From Candidatus Saccharimonadota bacterium (GTDB lineage Bacteria; Patescibacteriota; Microgenomatia; UBA1406; GWC2-37-13), in NCBI GenBank assembly GCA_016432445.1, contig CP066689.1, positions 270,001 through 302,000 on the forward strand: a DNA stretch of 32,000 nt, in the 5' to 3' direction. A model generated the notes under the pieces. That model searched no databases, was not told the DNA's origin, and worked only from the letters and a program-made list of their open reading frames with translations. The stretch's first letter is position 1, and each line of letters begins with the position of its first letter. The position numbers and the translations under genes are program-made. Below are positions 9,518-18,577 of this stretch, one piece after another.

Positions 9518-11203
9518 ATGACAAAAAGCAAATTAGATAGAATTTGTATATTATTTATTGTTATTATATCAGTTCTTGTAGTTTTTGACCTCTTCTTTAA
9601 TAAAGGTCACTCCGCTTGGATGGATGGTAGAGTTCATATAACCACCATTACCCAGTTTTTTTTGGCTATAAAAGATGGTGATTTTAAAGTTACGTGGCTT
9701 GACGGTATTGCTAACTATGGTATGCCGTTTGGATTTGTTGGTCATCAGTTAATATCTTATCTTGGAGCTTTTGTAACATTTTTGACTAATGATGTTCTTA
9801 CCTCCTGGAAAATAATTGCACTTATTGGAGCCCTTTTATCAAATCTCTTCTTTTACTTCTTCTTAAGAATTTATTTTTCGCCAGTATCCTCTTTGCTGGC
9901 AGTTTTTCTTTATAACGTGGCTCCTTATAGAATATTAAATCTTTATGTGAGAGAAGCACTTCCTGAATTTTTTGCTTCACTTTTTTTTCCATTGATACCC
10001 TTATGTTTATATTATCTAATAAAAAAGAGAAAGTTTTGGGCAATACCTGCTCTTACTATAGCTACGGCATTGTTTACTCTTAACCATCCAATGTTACTTG
10101 TGGTTAGCGCTTTTTTCTTTATTTCATATTTAATCTTTCTTTTAAAAGATGAAAAATCAAGATTAAAACTTTTAATATTATCAGGAACCCTTATGGCTTG
10201 GGGAATCTTAATTGCCGCTTATTACATTATTCCCCTTCAAGTTGAGATCAAATATTTTTATTATGGTATTGGTAATCACTTAACTCCCGGTCAGTACTTA
10301 AGTCTTAAAAACTTTATCGATCCCAATTGGTATTACTTTCTTTTATCCCAAGGAGATATCATTAATAGGGGACACTTTGTAAAAGTAGGTGAGATAGAAC
10401 TGATAGGTGTTGTCATAGGTTTGTTGTTAGTTATATGGCGTTTAAGGAATAGGAAAAAATGGCAGTTTACAATCTTGGAGTTAACACTTTTTTTAAGTTT
10501 ACTGGTTTTGTTTTTAACTACCAAGTATTCTCTGTTTCTATATCAAAAAATTAATCTATTAAGCAATATTCAGTTTCCTTGGAGAATGCTTTCTTTATTC
10601 ATTTTTTTGCCGCCGATTATTTTTGCTTATATTTTTGAAAAATTTAATTGGAAAGTTTTGATGATTATCTTTGTCCTGGTAGTAGCATTGATGAGATTTC
10701 CTCAGCTTTACAGTAAAAATAATACAGATCATCCTATGAGCCGCTATTTATTCACAACAATTAATATCCATTCAACTAATATGAACACGGTTTGGACAGG
10801 CGAGACAGATGATTATCCTATTAAGAAAAATAAAGGAGAGATAATAAGAGGTAAGGGTAAGATTACATCTTATGCCAAAAAGAATTCCTCGAGAAAATAT
10901 AAAGTTGAGGCTGAAAGTGATATTCGCATGGCCGATTATACTTTTTATTTCCCCGGCTGGACTGTATATGTTGACGGAGTAAAAACCAATATCGAGTTTC
11001 AGGATCCTGATTACCGAGGCGTCATAACTTACAATGTTCCTGCCGGCAAACATGATATTCTTGTTAAATTTGAAGACACGAAAGTCCGCACACTGGGAAA
11101 TATAATCTCGGTTGTCTCACTTGACGGATTTTTGATAGCAGTTTATTTACAAAAAAGATTTCGTTATCTGCAGAGAATTTTTAAATATCCGAATTTTAGT
11201 TAG
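9518..11203 (+). CDS. Polytopic membrane protein of the PTPS-related/COG5617-like family (putative GT-C)
   Basis: 561-aa ORF. The N-terminal HSAWMDGRVH...WLDGIANYGMPFGF motif and the C-terminal YFPGWTVYVDG...ILVKFEDTKVRTLGN domain are both paralleled in the 15227-16903 protein. Confidence 0.5.
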   Translation: MTKSKLDRICILFIVIISVLVVFDLFFNKGHSAWMDGRVHITTITQFFLAIKDGDFKVTWLDGIANYGMPFGFVGHQLISYLGAFVTFLTNDVLTSWKIIALIGALLSNLFFYFFLRIYFSPVSSLLAVFLYNVAPYRILNLYVREALPEFFASLFFPLIPLCLYYLIKKRKFWAIPALTIATALFTLNHPMLLVVSAFFFISYLIFLLKDEKSRLKLLILSGTLMAWGILIAAYYIIPLQVEIKYFYYGIGNHLTPGQYLSLKNFIDPNWYYFLLSQGDIINRGHFVKVGEIELIGVVIGLLLVIWRLRNRKKWQFTILELTLFLSLLVLFLTTKYSLFLYQKINLLSNIQFPWRMLSLFIFLPPIIFAYIFEKFNWKVLMIIFVLVVALMRFPQLYSKNNTDHPMSRYLFTTINIHSTNMNTVWTGETDDYPIKKNKGEIIRGKGKITSYAKKNSSRKYKVEAESDIRMADYTFYFPGWTVYVDGVKTNIEFQDPDYRGVITYNVPAGKHDILVKFEDTKVRTLGNIISVVSLDGFLIAVYLQKRFRYLQRIFKYPNFS

Positions 11204-12899
11204 TTTTTAGCAGATTGTTACAGCTTACCTGATTGTTAATCAAACTTTCTGAATCATAAGCATAAAAAAGTCCAAGAACTTTATCGGTATTCATACCTAT
11301 ATATAATGTTTTAGCTGGTATTTTTTCATCAGTGATAATTAACGTAGGTGTATTATTTTGTTTTGCTTTACAGGAAATTACAGCAAGAGGCTCTTTCTGG
11401 ATATTAATATTTCCTAGCTTTACGGCCTTAAAAAATCCGTCCTCTGCTGCCAATCCAAAATTAACCGATTGTTGATAAATTTTGGGATCAAGTTTTGAGT
11501 AAAAAGCATAGTACATGATTGGATGTGGAAAGAAATCTTTGATATAAATTTGAGTTTCTTTATTTTGTTTTGAAATATATTGCATAAGTTCGGCAATATA
11601 ATTATTGTAAGTTATCTCAAATTTTCTTAAATGAACATGAGTGTAATTGAACAAAAAGAAAAGAGCAAAAAAAATTAATAAGATTGTTGTTAAACTACCA
11701 TAAATATTACGAATAAAATTTATTTTAATTTTCTCTTTCAAAAAAATAAAGCCTAACATCATTAAGATTAAAACAAAAGGATAAAGAGCCGACAATTGCA
11801 CTCTTTGAGGTGCGCCAGCAAGAGATGAAGGTAACCCTGAGATTAATAAGCCCAATACTAAAAATATTTTTATATAGTCTTTACCATTAATAGCGGATTT
11901 ATCAATTAATTTTACAAAACCAAAAAGAAAAAAAGGTACAAGAAATATTGGTAAAAGACCAAAATTTGCGATACTCAGATATCTGGCTTCCTCTCCCTTT
12001 ACAAAAAGAAAATTAAGAGAAAACATTTCAAAATAGCGTTCAGTAATAATTCTTGGAATAACTAATATTTTATTGGAGTTTAAGTAGCACAAAATTTTAG
12101 GAGATTTTTCAGTACAGTAAATACGGCTTTCATTAATTTCTTCTAAGGCGCCTGTAGTATTTGTTTTGGACAGAATACTAGTTTGTTTTAATCTTGCTGT
12201 TCCAGATGTTGAAAAAAGAGAAGGTATTAAAGGTGAGATAACAATTAAAAAAGCAGTAGCAATTATTAATAAAGATGGAATTTTTATATATCTGGTCTTT
12301 ATAAGATAGATAGTGAACGGGATAATCAAAAGCATTGTAATTAACCGATAGGTAATATAGCTATACCAGGTTAAACCAAAAAAAAATCCCGTCAAAATCA
12401 AATAGTAAATATTATTTTTTGAAAGTGATCTAAGTAAAAAAATAATGCCAGTTGTAAAAAATAACAATGCTAAATTAGATTCCCAGGCAAAGCGGCTAAG
12501 TATAATTGTCCAAGGGCTACCAGCAGTTATAAGAGCGGCAATTAAGCTATTTTTAAAACTAAAACTTAAACTACGAAATAAAAAATAAACAGCAATTATC
12601 AATAGTGTTCCTGCGATAACTGAAGGTAACCTGACAGAAAAACTATTTAATCCGAATGTTTTTATAAAAGGGATAGATGAATAAATATAAGCCGGCAGCT
12701 TGTAATCACCGAAGGCTTTAAAAGTTAAAGGATAAGCTGTCCCAAACTCATCTTTACCTGTTTTTAAAATAGAATAAGCGTTATATCCATGGCTGACTTC
12801 ATCAATAAGCATGCCTGAAGGTGCAGTACCTACATTATAAATTCTTATCCAAAAACCAAAAAAAGTAATTAAAATAAGAAAGAGAAAAGCTTTTTTCAT
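11196..12899 (-). CDS. ArnT/PMT_2-type (GT39-like) membrane glycosyltransferase
   Basis: MLIDEVSHGYNAYSILKTGKDEFGTAYPLTFKAFGDYKLPAYIYSSIPFI plus about 12 TM segments and a C-terminal soluble domain. I set the start at M22 (ATG at 12899), 2 nt after the stop of the upstream GT2. The track ORF extends to 12962. Confidence 0.7.
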   Translation of the reverse strand: MKKAFLFLILITFFGFWIRIYNVGTAPSGMLIDEVSHGYNAYSILKTGKDEFGTAYPLTFKAFGDYKLPAYIYSSIPFIKTFGLNSFSVRLPSVIAGTLLIIAVYFLFRSLSFSFKNSLIAALITAGSPWTIILSRFAWESNLALLFFTTGIIFLLRSLSKNNIYYLILTGFFFGLTWYSYITYRLITMLLIIPFTIYLIKTRYIKIPSLLIIATAFLIVISPLIPSLFSTSGTARLKQTSILSKTNTTGALEEINESRIYCTEKSPKILCYLNSNKILVIPRIITERYFEMFSLNFLFVKGEEARYLSIANFGLLPIFLVPFFLFGFVKLIDKSAINGKDYIKIFLVLGLLISGLPSSLAGAPQRVQLSALYPFVLILMMLGFIFLKEKIKINFIRNIYGSLTTILLIFFALFFLFNYTHVHLRKFEITYNNYIAELMQYISKQNKETQIYIKDFFPHPIMYYAFYSKLDPKIYQQSVNFGLAAEDGFFKAVKLGNINIQKEPLAVISCKAKQNNTPTLIITDEKIPAKTLYIGMNTDKVLGLFYAYDSESLINNQVSCNNLLKTN

Positions 12900-12901
12900 A
12901 A

Positions 12902-13819
12902 TTATTTTAAGATAGTTTTGATTAAAAAATTTCGAAGTTTTCCCTTTATCCTGTTTATCCAATTTTTAGAGATTCTTTTATCGATCCAGTGATTTATTTC
13001 ATAAAACCCTTGCTGGAATAAATTCTGTGAATTATAAAGAATCTCATTTTCTTTGACTTCAAAGTATTTTTTTTGTTCCCAATAATAGAAATAAACCAAA
13101 AAATAATAAAACATCTGCAAGATTGAAAGAACAAAGCCGTGCATTCCGTCCTCATACCCTTTATTGGCAAAAAAGCGGCTGACAAACTCCGATAATGACT
13201 TTTTAATTGTCTCAGCTAGGGTAAACTCTTTGTTATCTTTAATGAATTCACTGGCTTCTGCTTTAGCATATCTTCTTGATTTTTCAATGTATTCGTCAAG
13301 ATTAAGGTAGTTGTAATGAATTATGGCTATATTTTCCTGAGGTTCAATGATAAGTCCTATTCCTTCAACTTTTGGTTGTTGATGGATTTTAGTTGGCCAG
13401 ATTACTTTATTCTTTTTAAAAAATCTTACTTGATAATCCGGCCACCAGCGGGAATTTTTAATCCATTTTGAAAAAATAATATTTTTTCTGGGGATTGAAA
13501 AATAATCATAATCTGAAAGATTTTTTAAAATCAGATTTTTAAGATCTTGAGGTATAACTTCATCAGGATCAATAAATAAAATATATTCCCCTTTAGTTTT
13601 TTGTTTTAACTCTTCTCTTATAAGCTCAACATAAGGAACTGATTTTTCTATCTTAATAACTTTTACCTTTTTAAAGCTGTCTAGAAAATTGAGTGTTTCC
13701 TTATCTATCCCAATATCGGCAATAATGATTTCAGACACAAAATCTTCTATAGAGTCTAATGTCTCCTTAAGATGTGAAGGATTATTTTGAACAACAATAA
13801 TGGCTGAGATATTATTCAT
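12902..13819 (-). CDS. Family 2 glycosyltransferase; paralog of 2301-3068
   Basis: ISAIIVVQNN start, FIDPDE (DxD), and SRWWPDYQVRFFKKNKVIWPTKIHQQP shared with the 2301-3068 protein. Confidence 0.8.
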   Translation of the reverse strand: MNNISAIIVVQNNPSHLKETLDSIEDFVSEIIIADIGIDKETLNFLDSFKKVKVIKIEKSVPYVELIREELKQKTKGEYILFIDPDEVIPQDLKNLILKNLSDYDYFSIPRKNIIFSKWIKNSRWWPDYQVRFFKKNKVIWPTKIHQQPKVEGIGLIIEPQENIAIIHYNYLNLDEYIEKSRRYAKAEASEFIKDNKEFTLAETIKKSLSEFVSRFFANKGYEDGMHGFVLSILQMFYYFLVYFYYWEQKKYFEVKENEILYNSQNLFQQGFYEINHWIDKRISKNWINRIKGKLRNFLIKTILK

Positions 13820-15245
13820 TATGAAATAGCAACTTGAACTCGGTTACTAAATTTATTTTAAGCAAAAATAATGAAGATATGTAACTAATAGATCCGACAG
13901 TGATCAAAAGTAGGATAGAAAAAAAAGATGCGGTAGTCAAATTAATTATTAATACTGTCATAATAAGCATGACACCTGACGACAGTAAAGGTTTATAAAC
14001 ATAATTAAAGAAACGGAAATATAACATTTTGCGTGCTTTATAAACAACAGCTACTGAGGTTAAAGAAAGTATAAGCTGAACTAAGGGAAACCCGTAAAGG
14101 CCGAATTTGGTAACAAATAGAGGTGTAAAAATCCAGGTAATTATAGTCCAGATAAGCATAAAAGAAAATGATATTTTCACCTTTCCTAAAGCGTTGAATA
14201 AATTTATAAAAGGCGTAGAGTAGGATGAAAAAAATGCGGCTACAATGAATAAATAAAATATGGGTAGAGCCGGCGACCACTTGGTATATTTGGGGATAAA
14301 CTCAATCATAAAAGGCATAATTATGCTTAAACCCATTAAGAACGGAGCCAGTAATATAGTCTGATAATGAAGTATTTTTTCTACCAAACGGGAAGTCTTT
14401 TCCTTATCAGCTTGAATTCGGGCAAAGACTGGGAAAAGAACCCGGCTTAGATTATCCATAATAATTCTTATCGGGGCTTCTGCCCATTTTTTAGCCCACC
14501 CAATATAGCCTACACCTTCAAATCCCAAGGCTTTTCCTAAAAACAATATGATTAGATCATCTTTAAACAAAGCCAAAAACGAACTGGTTTGAAAAGGAAC
14601 GCCAAATGACAAAAGATGTTTCAAATGTTTAAAAGAAATACCGATTTTGGGAACCCAAGGAGAGATGATATAAATGGCTACGAGCCCAACTAAAGCCCGC
14701 GCGACAACGGCAATAGTAAAACTATGTAACCCATAATTTAATAAAGCTAAAATTGTTACTATGAAATAAAACGTGCTATTTTCGATTACCTGAACAAAAA
14801 CAATTTTTTGAAACTGAATCTTTCTTTCAAGAAAAATTGAAGGAATTGTCTTTAAAGAAGACAAAAAAAACGATATAAGCAATGCCCAATAGAGATACAC
14901 ACCCTCAAGAGGAAGATTGTAAAAACTTTTAATAAAAGGAGTGGCTAAAAATCCCAATGTAACAAGAGTAATAATTAAAATTTGCTGTATGGTAAAAGTA
15001 CTTTTAATATCTTCCTTATCGATCTCTTTTTTTTGAATTAATGAAGCGGCTAGCCCAATATCAGAGAAATAATTAAGCAAAGATATTAAAGATAAAACAG
15101 TAATAAATATTCCAAATATTTTCGGAGAAAGGAGGATAGTTAGAATAATATTAGCGCCAAATCCAAGCATAGCGGTATAACCGCTTTGAAAAAAAAGACT
15201 TATGGCGCTTATAACTGTTCTTCTTTTTAACTCATTGTTTTCCAT
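13812..15245 (-). CDS. Wzx-type oligosaccharide flippase (MOP superfamily, polysaccharide biosynthesis protein)
   Basis: 477-aa ORF with about 12-14 TM segments. The N-terminus RRTVISAISLFFQSGYTAMLGFGANIILTILLSPKIFG is typical of the Wzx/RfbX family. Confidence 0.75.
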   Translation of the reverse strand: MENNELKRRTVISAISLFFQSGYTAMLGFGANIILTILLSPKIFGIFITVLSLISLLNYFSDIGLAASLIQKKEIDKEDIKSTFTIQQILIITLVTLGFLATPFIKSFYNLPLEGVYLYWALLISFFLSSLKTIPSIFLERKIQFQKIVFVQVIENSTFYFIVTILALLNYGLHSFTIAVVARALVGLVAIYIISPWVPKIGISFKHLKHLLSFGVPFQTSSFLALFKDDLIILFLGKALGFEGVGYIGWAKKWAEAPIRIIMDNLSRVLFPVFARIQADKEKTSRLVEKILHYQTILLAPFLMGLSIIMPFMIEFIPKYTKWSPALPIFYLFIVAAFFSSYSTPFINLFNALGKVKISFSFMLIWTIITWIFTPLFVTKFGLYGFPLVQLILSLTSVAVVYKARKMLYFRFFNYVYKPLLSSGVMLIMTVLIINLTTASFFSILLLITVGSISYISSLFLLKINLVTEFKLLFHNE

Positions 15246-16903
15246 AATTTTCTATTTAACGTCAATAGAATAAATATTCCTATGGCGCCTATGCCTAAAA
15301 GATTACCTAAATTTTCTACTGGGGTTTGTTCATATTTTAACAGGATAGTTTTTTCATTTTTGTCTGATTTTATTATTGGACGGCCTAAACGGTCAAACTC
15401 TTTTGGTATATAAGAAACATTATTAATAAAAATTTTCCAGTAAGGGAAATAATGAATGTTTAATCGGAGGTTAGAAGATGAGGTTTTAGCTGATTTTATA
15501 TAGTCATGATCCTTCATAACTGTAACTTTTTGATTATCATTAGCTTGAATAAATTTTTGATTCAAAAGCGAACTGAAATTATTTTTTTCCGGTGAAAATT
15601 TAAGCCATTCTTCTCGGCTGGCAGTTTTTGGCAGGTATTCAGGGATATTATAGGCAGCTTGCTGAATATAAATTTCACTTAATAAGGATTTATTTATCTC
15701 TTCTTTTTTTAAATCAGTTTTAGTAAAGAATTTAGCATTGTAAAAGATAGCTGTAATTATAAGAACAAAAGTTAAAACTTTAATAAAAAAAGATTTGCTT
15801 TGTATTACATAAGCTCCAAAAAAAGAAACTGCAAATATGCCAAAAACCAAAAAACGCCAAGGAAACTGCAGAATAGAAAAAAAAGGTTTCAATATTTCCC
15901 AAACTGCTGTGGAGGAATAAGTTGATAAAAAAATACTGCCTAGACCTAAAAGAAAAATGAAAAAGAAAATCTTAAAATAATAGTTTTGTTTTTTGCGGAT
16001 AAGATTATAAAAAAAAAGTAAAATCCCAAGAAATCCTGCAATTATCTGAGTTTTCCCAATCATAAAAGACATGCCGTCACCGTTGCATCCTGGAGCTGAT
16101 CCTGCATATCCCCAAGGACTATACCATAGCTGATTCCAGCATAAAAAATGCTGATTGTATACAGTCAGTTTTGCCACTTCCTTAGCGTATGTTAGACTCA
16201 TTTCCGTTAAAAACGGTAAAAGGAAATAGGAGGATAAAAGCAAAGCGGAAAATAAAACGAAAAGATTTTTTTTAATGTTGGAAAGCGTGAAGATATAAAA
16301 AAAGAGAGGAATTAAAAATAAAAGAGAGAGTGCGTTGTGAGAGGTTAAGGTAAAAGATAAGGTAAAAGCAGTAATTATAAATAAAATAACTGAGTGTGAA
16401 CGACTATTACGATAAATCAGATAAAAAGCTAAAGGCAAAAGCGTTAAGAACCATGATTCTCCCAAACTTCCGCGGACAAATATCTCAACTGCAAAATAAG
16501 GTGAGAACGAGTAAAGAGCGGCACCCAACAAAGAAGAATGAAAATGAAAGAATAATTTTAGAAATTTATACATAAAGATGAAAGCCAATATCAATGAAAG
16601 CAGGAAAGAAAATTTAATGCTTGAGGCAACATCAAATCCGGTAAGGTGAATCAGGCTGGTTATCCAGTAGGAGAAGGGAGCGTAGAAATTAAAAACAGGG
16701 TAGCCTAAGTTATAGGAAAAATGGGGAGCCATTCGCGGAGGAATTTGAAAGGTTTGAAGGGCATATGTAAACTCGCTGACTCGGGCAAATTGGGTAATGT
16801 CATGAAAGCTAAACATTCGGTCGCTAAAAGGATTCAAGTTCTTTGACCATAAAAATATTGAGACGCTTAAAATAATTAAGAATAATAAAATGCGAATTTT
16901 CAT
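15227..16903 (-). CDS. Polytopic membrane protein of the PTPS-related/COG5617-like family (putative GT-C); paralog of 9518-11203
   Basis: FSFHDITQFARVSEF...PPRMAPHFSYNLGYPVFNFYAPFSYW at the N-terminus and HYFPYWKIFINN...ILLKYEQTPVENLGN at the C-terminus. I set the start at M14 (ATG at 16903). The track extension to 16942 runs into the GC-rich element. Confidence 0.5.
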   Translation of the reverse strand: MKIRILLFLIILSVSIFLWSKNLNPFSDRMFSFHDITQFARVSEFTYALQTFQIPPRMAPHFSYNLGYPVFNFYAPFSYWITSLIHLTGFDVASSIKFSFLLSLILAFIFMYKFLKLFFHFHSSLLGAALYSFSPYFAVEIFVRGSLGESWFLTLLPLAFYLIYRNSRSHSVILFIITAFTLSFTLTSHNALSLLFLIPLFFYIFTLSNIKKNLFVLFSALLLSSYFLLPFLTEMSLTYAKEVAKLTVYNQHFLCWNQLWYSPWGYAGSAPGCNGDGMSFMIGKTQIIAGFLGILLFFYNLIRKKQNYYFKIFFFIFLLGLGSIFLSTYSSTAVWEILKPFFSILQFPWRFLVFGIFAVSFFGAYVIQSKSFFIKVLTFVLIITAIFYNAKFFTKTDLKKEEINKSLLSEIYIQQAAYNIPEYLPKTASREEWLKFSPEKNNFSSLLNQKFIQANDNQKVTVMKDHDYIKSAKTSSSNLRLNIHYFPYWKIFINNVSYIPKEFDRLGRPIIKSDKNEKTILLKYEQTPVENLGNLLGIGAIGIFILLTLNRKLWKTMS

Positions 16904-17033
16904 ATTGTTAAAGCGGGGCCTGTCGCTCGTTTTTTCCCACAAATGCTCTCTTCGTTGCGCGTTTGTGGGATCCCTGAACTCGCGCCACCCGCAATACTAT
17001 TTGCAACGAACTGTGAACGACGAACTACGAACG
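16904..17033 (-). other. GC-rich structured intercistronic element with pseudoknot-compatible helices
   Basis: I counted 30/60 G+C in line 16921-16980, against about 30% in the flanks. CCCACAAA (16936-43) pairs with TTTGTGGG (16962-69). TTCGTTGC (16951-58) pairs with GCAACGAA (17003-10). The four segments are interleaved in the order S2,S1,S2',S1'. Confidence 0.4.
17005..17032 (-). repeat. Four tandem heptads; minus strand reads GTTCGTA GTTCGTC GTTCACA GTTCGTT
   Basis: The plus strand reads AACGAAC TGTGAAC GACGAAC TACGAAC, lying directly beside the stop codon (17034-17036) of the 17034-18551 gene. Confidence 0.7.
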
Positions 17034-18551
17034 CTATTTCTCTTTTAATTCCAGTAAATACGTGACTGATTCGTTACCTGGTTTTTCTATTTTTTTTATA
17101 AGTTTAAGAGGCCAATTGGCAGGATAATCAAACTGGTGGGCAAGGACAACAAAAACGTAATTTGATTTAAGATCCTTTTGATGATCCAGGAGTTCCTTCT
17201 CGCCGATAGGCCAGTAGCCTCTAATGTAGATTCGGTCATCTTTTTTCAAAAAAACATCCAAGACATCAGCGGCCAGTCCGAAGTTTCCTTCAGCCACAAT
17301 GACAACTGGTTTTTCTTTTGATTTTTCGCGGGCAAAATCAATAATTTCTTTCATACCCCACCCAGCTGTCCAGCCTTCAATATACTGTCCGCGATCAATG
17401 GGAGGAAAGGGAAGATACTGAGGTTTAAACAAAATTGCATAGTTGTAATAAAAAGCTGATAGCACAAAACCTAAGATTAAAAAATTGAATATTTTTTTAT
17501 TTTTAATATGAGTAAAAAAGTAAACTGACGAGATGAGCAAAAGACTGCCAAAAAAGATAATATACCTTGGAAAGAGGACTTTAGAGAGGAAAGAAACAAT
17601 AAAAAAAGGAATAACTAGCCACAAAATAAAATATACAAATAATCTTTTATCTCTTTTATAAAGAATAAATAAACCAACAATACCGAAAACACTAAGAAAG
17701 AAACCCATTTCCCAGGAAATGTATAAAGGTATAAGTTTAATATTGCTGAAAAATACTGCAAAAGGATTTTGAAAAAATTCATCAAAGGTCATTACGAAGG
17801 TGGTATTTTTTTGAGAAACATAGTGAAAAAAAGGAGAAAGGCGCTGAATATTATAAATGACTATGGCTAATAAACTAGCCATAATATAAAGAAATATAAA
17901 ATTACCTAGATGCTTTGTGAATCTTTCTATATTTTTTTCAAGAAATAAAACTGGAGCCAGGCCAGCCAAACCGATAAAAATCCTCACTGATGATTTACTA
18001 AGCAAAGCTAATCCCCCAAGTAATCCAAAAAGAAAAGCTACATCAATACGCCGCATTTTTGCAAAAATTATAGATAAAAACAATATCCAGATAAAAAATG
18101 CATTTACACCTGAATCAATTAAAGCCAAGCGGTCATAAAAAAGGAAGAATGGAGTAAAGATATAGAAAAAAGCTCCTAAAAAAGCTGCTTTTTTGCCGAA
18201 AAGATACGCAAGTAAACTAAAAATTCCAGTCAATGCAAAAAAACCTGTGGTTACGGCAAACAGGCGAGCTCCAAACAAAGCGTTATCGGGGAAAAGCTTT
18301 AAAAAAGGTATAGTTGCCCAAGTTTGCAGTGGCTGTTTTCCATCAGTAAGGGAGATAAAACGCCAGCTGGCGTCATGCCAGGCTACTTTTGCCCAGCGGA
18401 TGTAAATGCCTTCATCGGAGAAAATAGGGAACTTATCAAGATTAATCAATCTTGTTGCCAGGTATAAAATAATTAGTACAGTAATCAACAAAATATCTTT
18501 ACGTTTAAAGGTTTTTTTGAGGAAAGAATAAATTAAGCTTAAGTCAAACAT
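17034..18551 (-). CDS. GT39/PMT_2-type (ArnT-like) membrane glycosyltransferase
   Basis: 505-aa ORF. LATRLINLDKFPIFSDEGIYIRWAKVAW is the DE-type first-loop motif. About 11 TM segments precede a C-terminal soluble domain. Confidence 0.75.
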   Translation of the reverse strand: MFDLSLIYSFLKKTFKRKDILLITVLIILYLATRLINLDKFPIFSDEGIYIRWAKVAWHDASWRFISLTDGKQPLQTWATIPFLKLFPDNALFGARLFAVTTGFFALTGIFSLLAYLFGKKAAFLGAFFYIFTPFFLFYDRLALIDSGVNAFFIWILFLSIIFAKMRRIDVAFLFGLLGGLALLSKSSVRIFIGLAGLAPVLFLEKNIERFTKHLGNFIFLYIMASLLAIVIYNIQRLSPFFHYVSQKNTTFVMTFDEFFQNPFAVFFSNIKLIPLYISWEMGFFLSVFGIVGLFILYKRDKRLFVYFILWLVIPFFIVSFLSKVLFPRYIIFFGSLLLISSVYFFTHIKNKKIFNFLILGFVLSAFYYNYAILFKPQYLPFPPIDRGQYIEGWTAGWGMKEIIDFAREKSKEKPVVIVAEGNFGLAADVLDVFLKKDDRIYIRGYWPIGEKELLDHQKDLKSNYVFVVLAHQFDYPANWPLKLIKKIEKPGNESVTYLLELKEK

Positions 18552-18577
18552 ATTTGATATCCATTAATTATACAATT

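Noticed and set aside
12900-12962. N-terminal extensions of track ORFs: 12900-12962, 16904-16942, 24735-24848, 3069-3104, 6427-6450, 26706-26714 and 20761-20847
   Set aside because: The extensions overlap upstream genes or structured non-coding sequence and lack the hydrophobic or motif content of the mature proteins. Internal ATGs sit at the expected distance from a -10 box, or directly after the upstream stop codon.
16936-16969. Hairpin CCCACAAA...TTTGTGGG considered as the terminator of the 17034-18551 gene
   Set aside because: On the transcribed (minus) strand the stem is followed by A-rich sequence rather than U-rich sequence. On the plus strand the T-run precedes the stem. It fits a structured intercistronic element better than a terminator.
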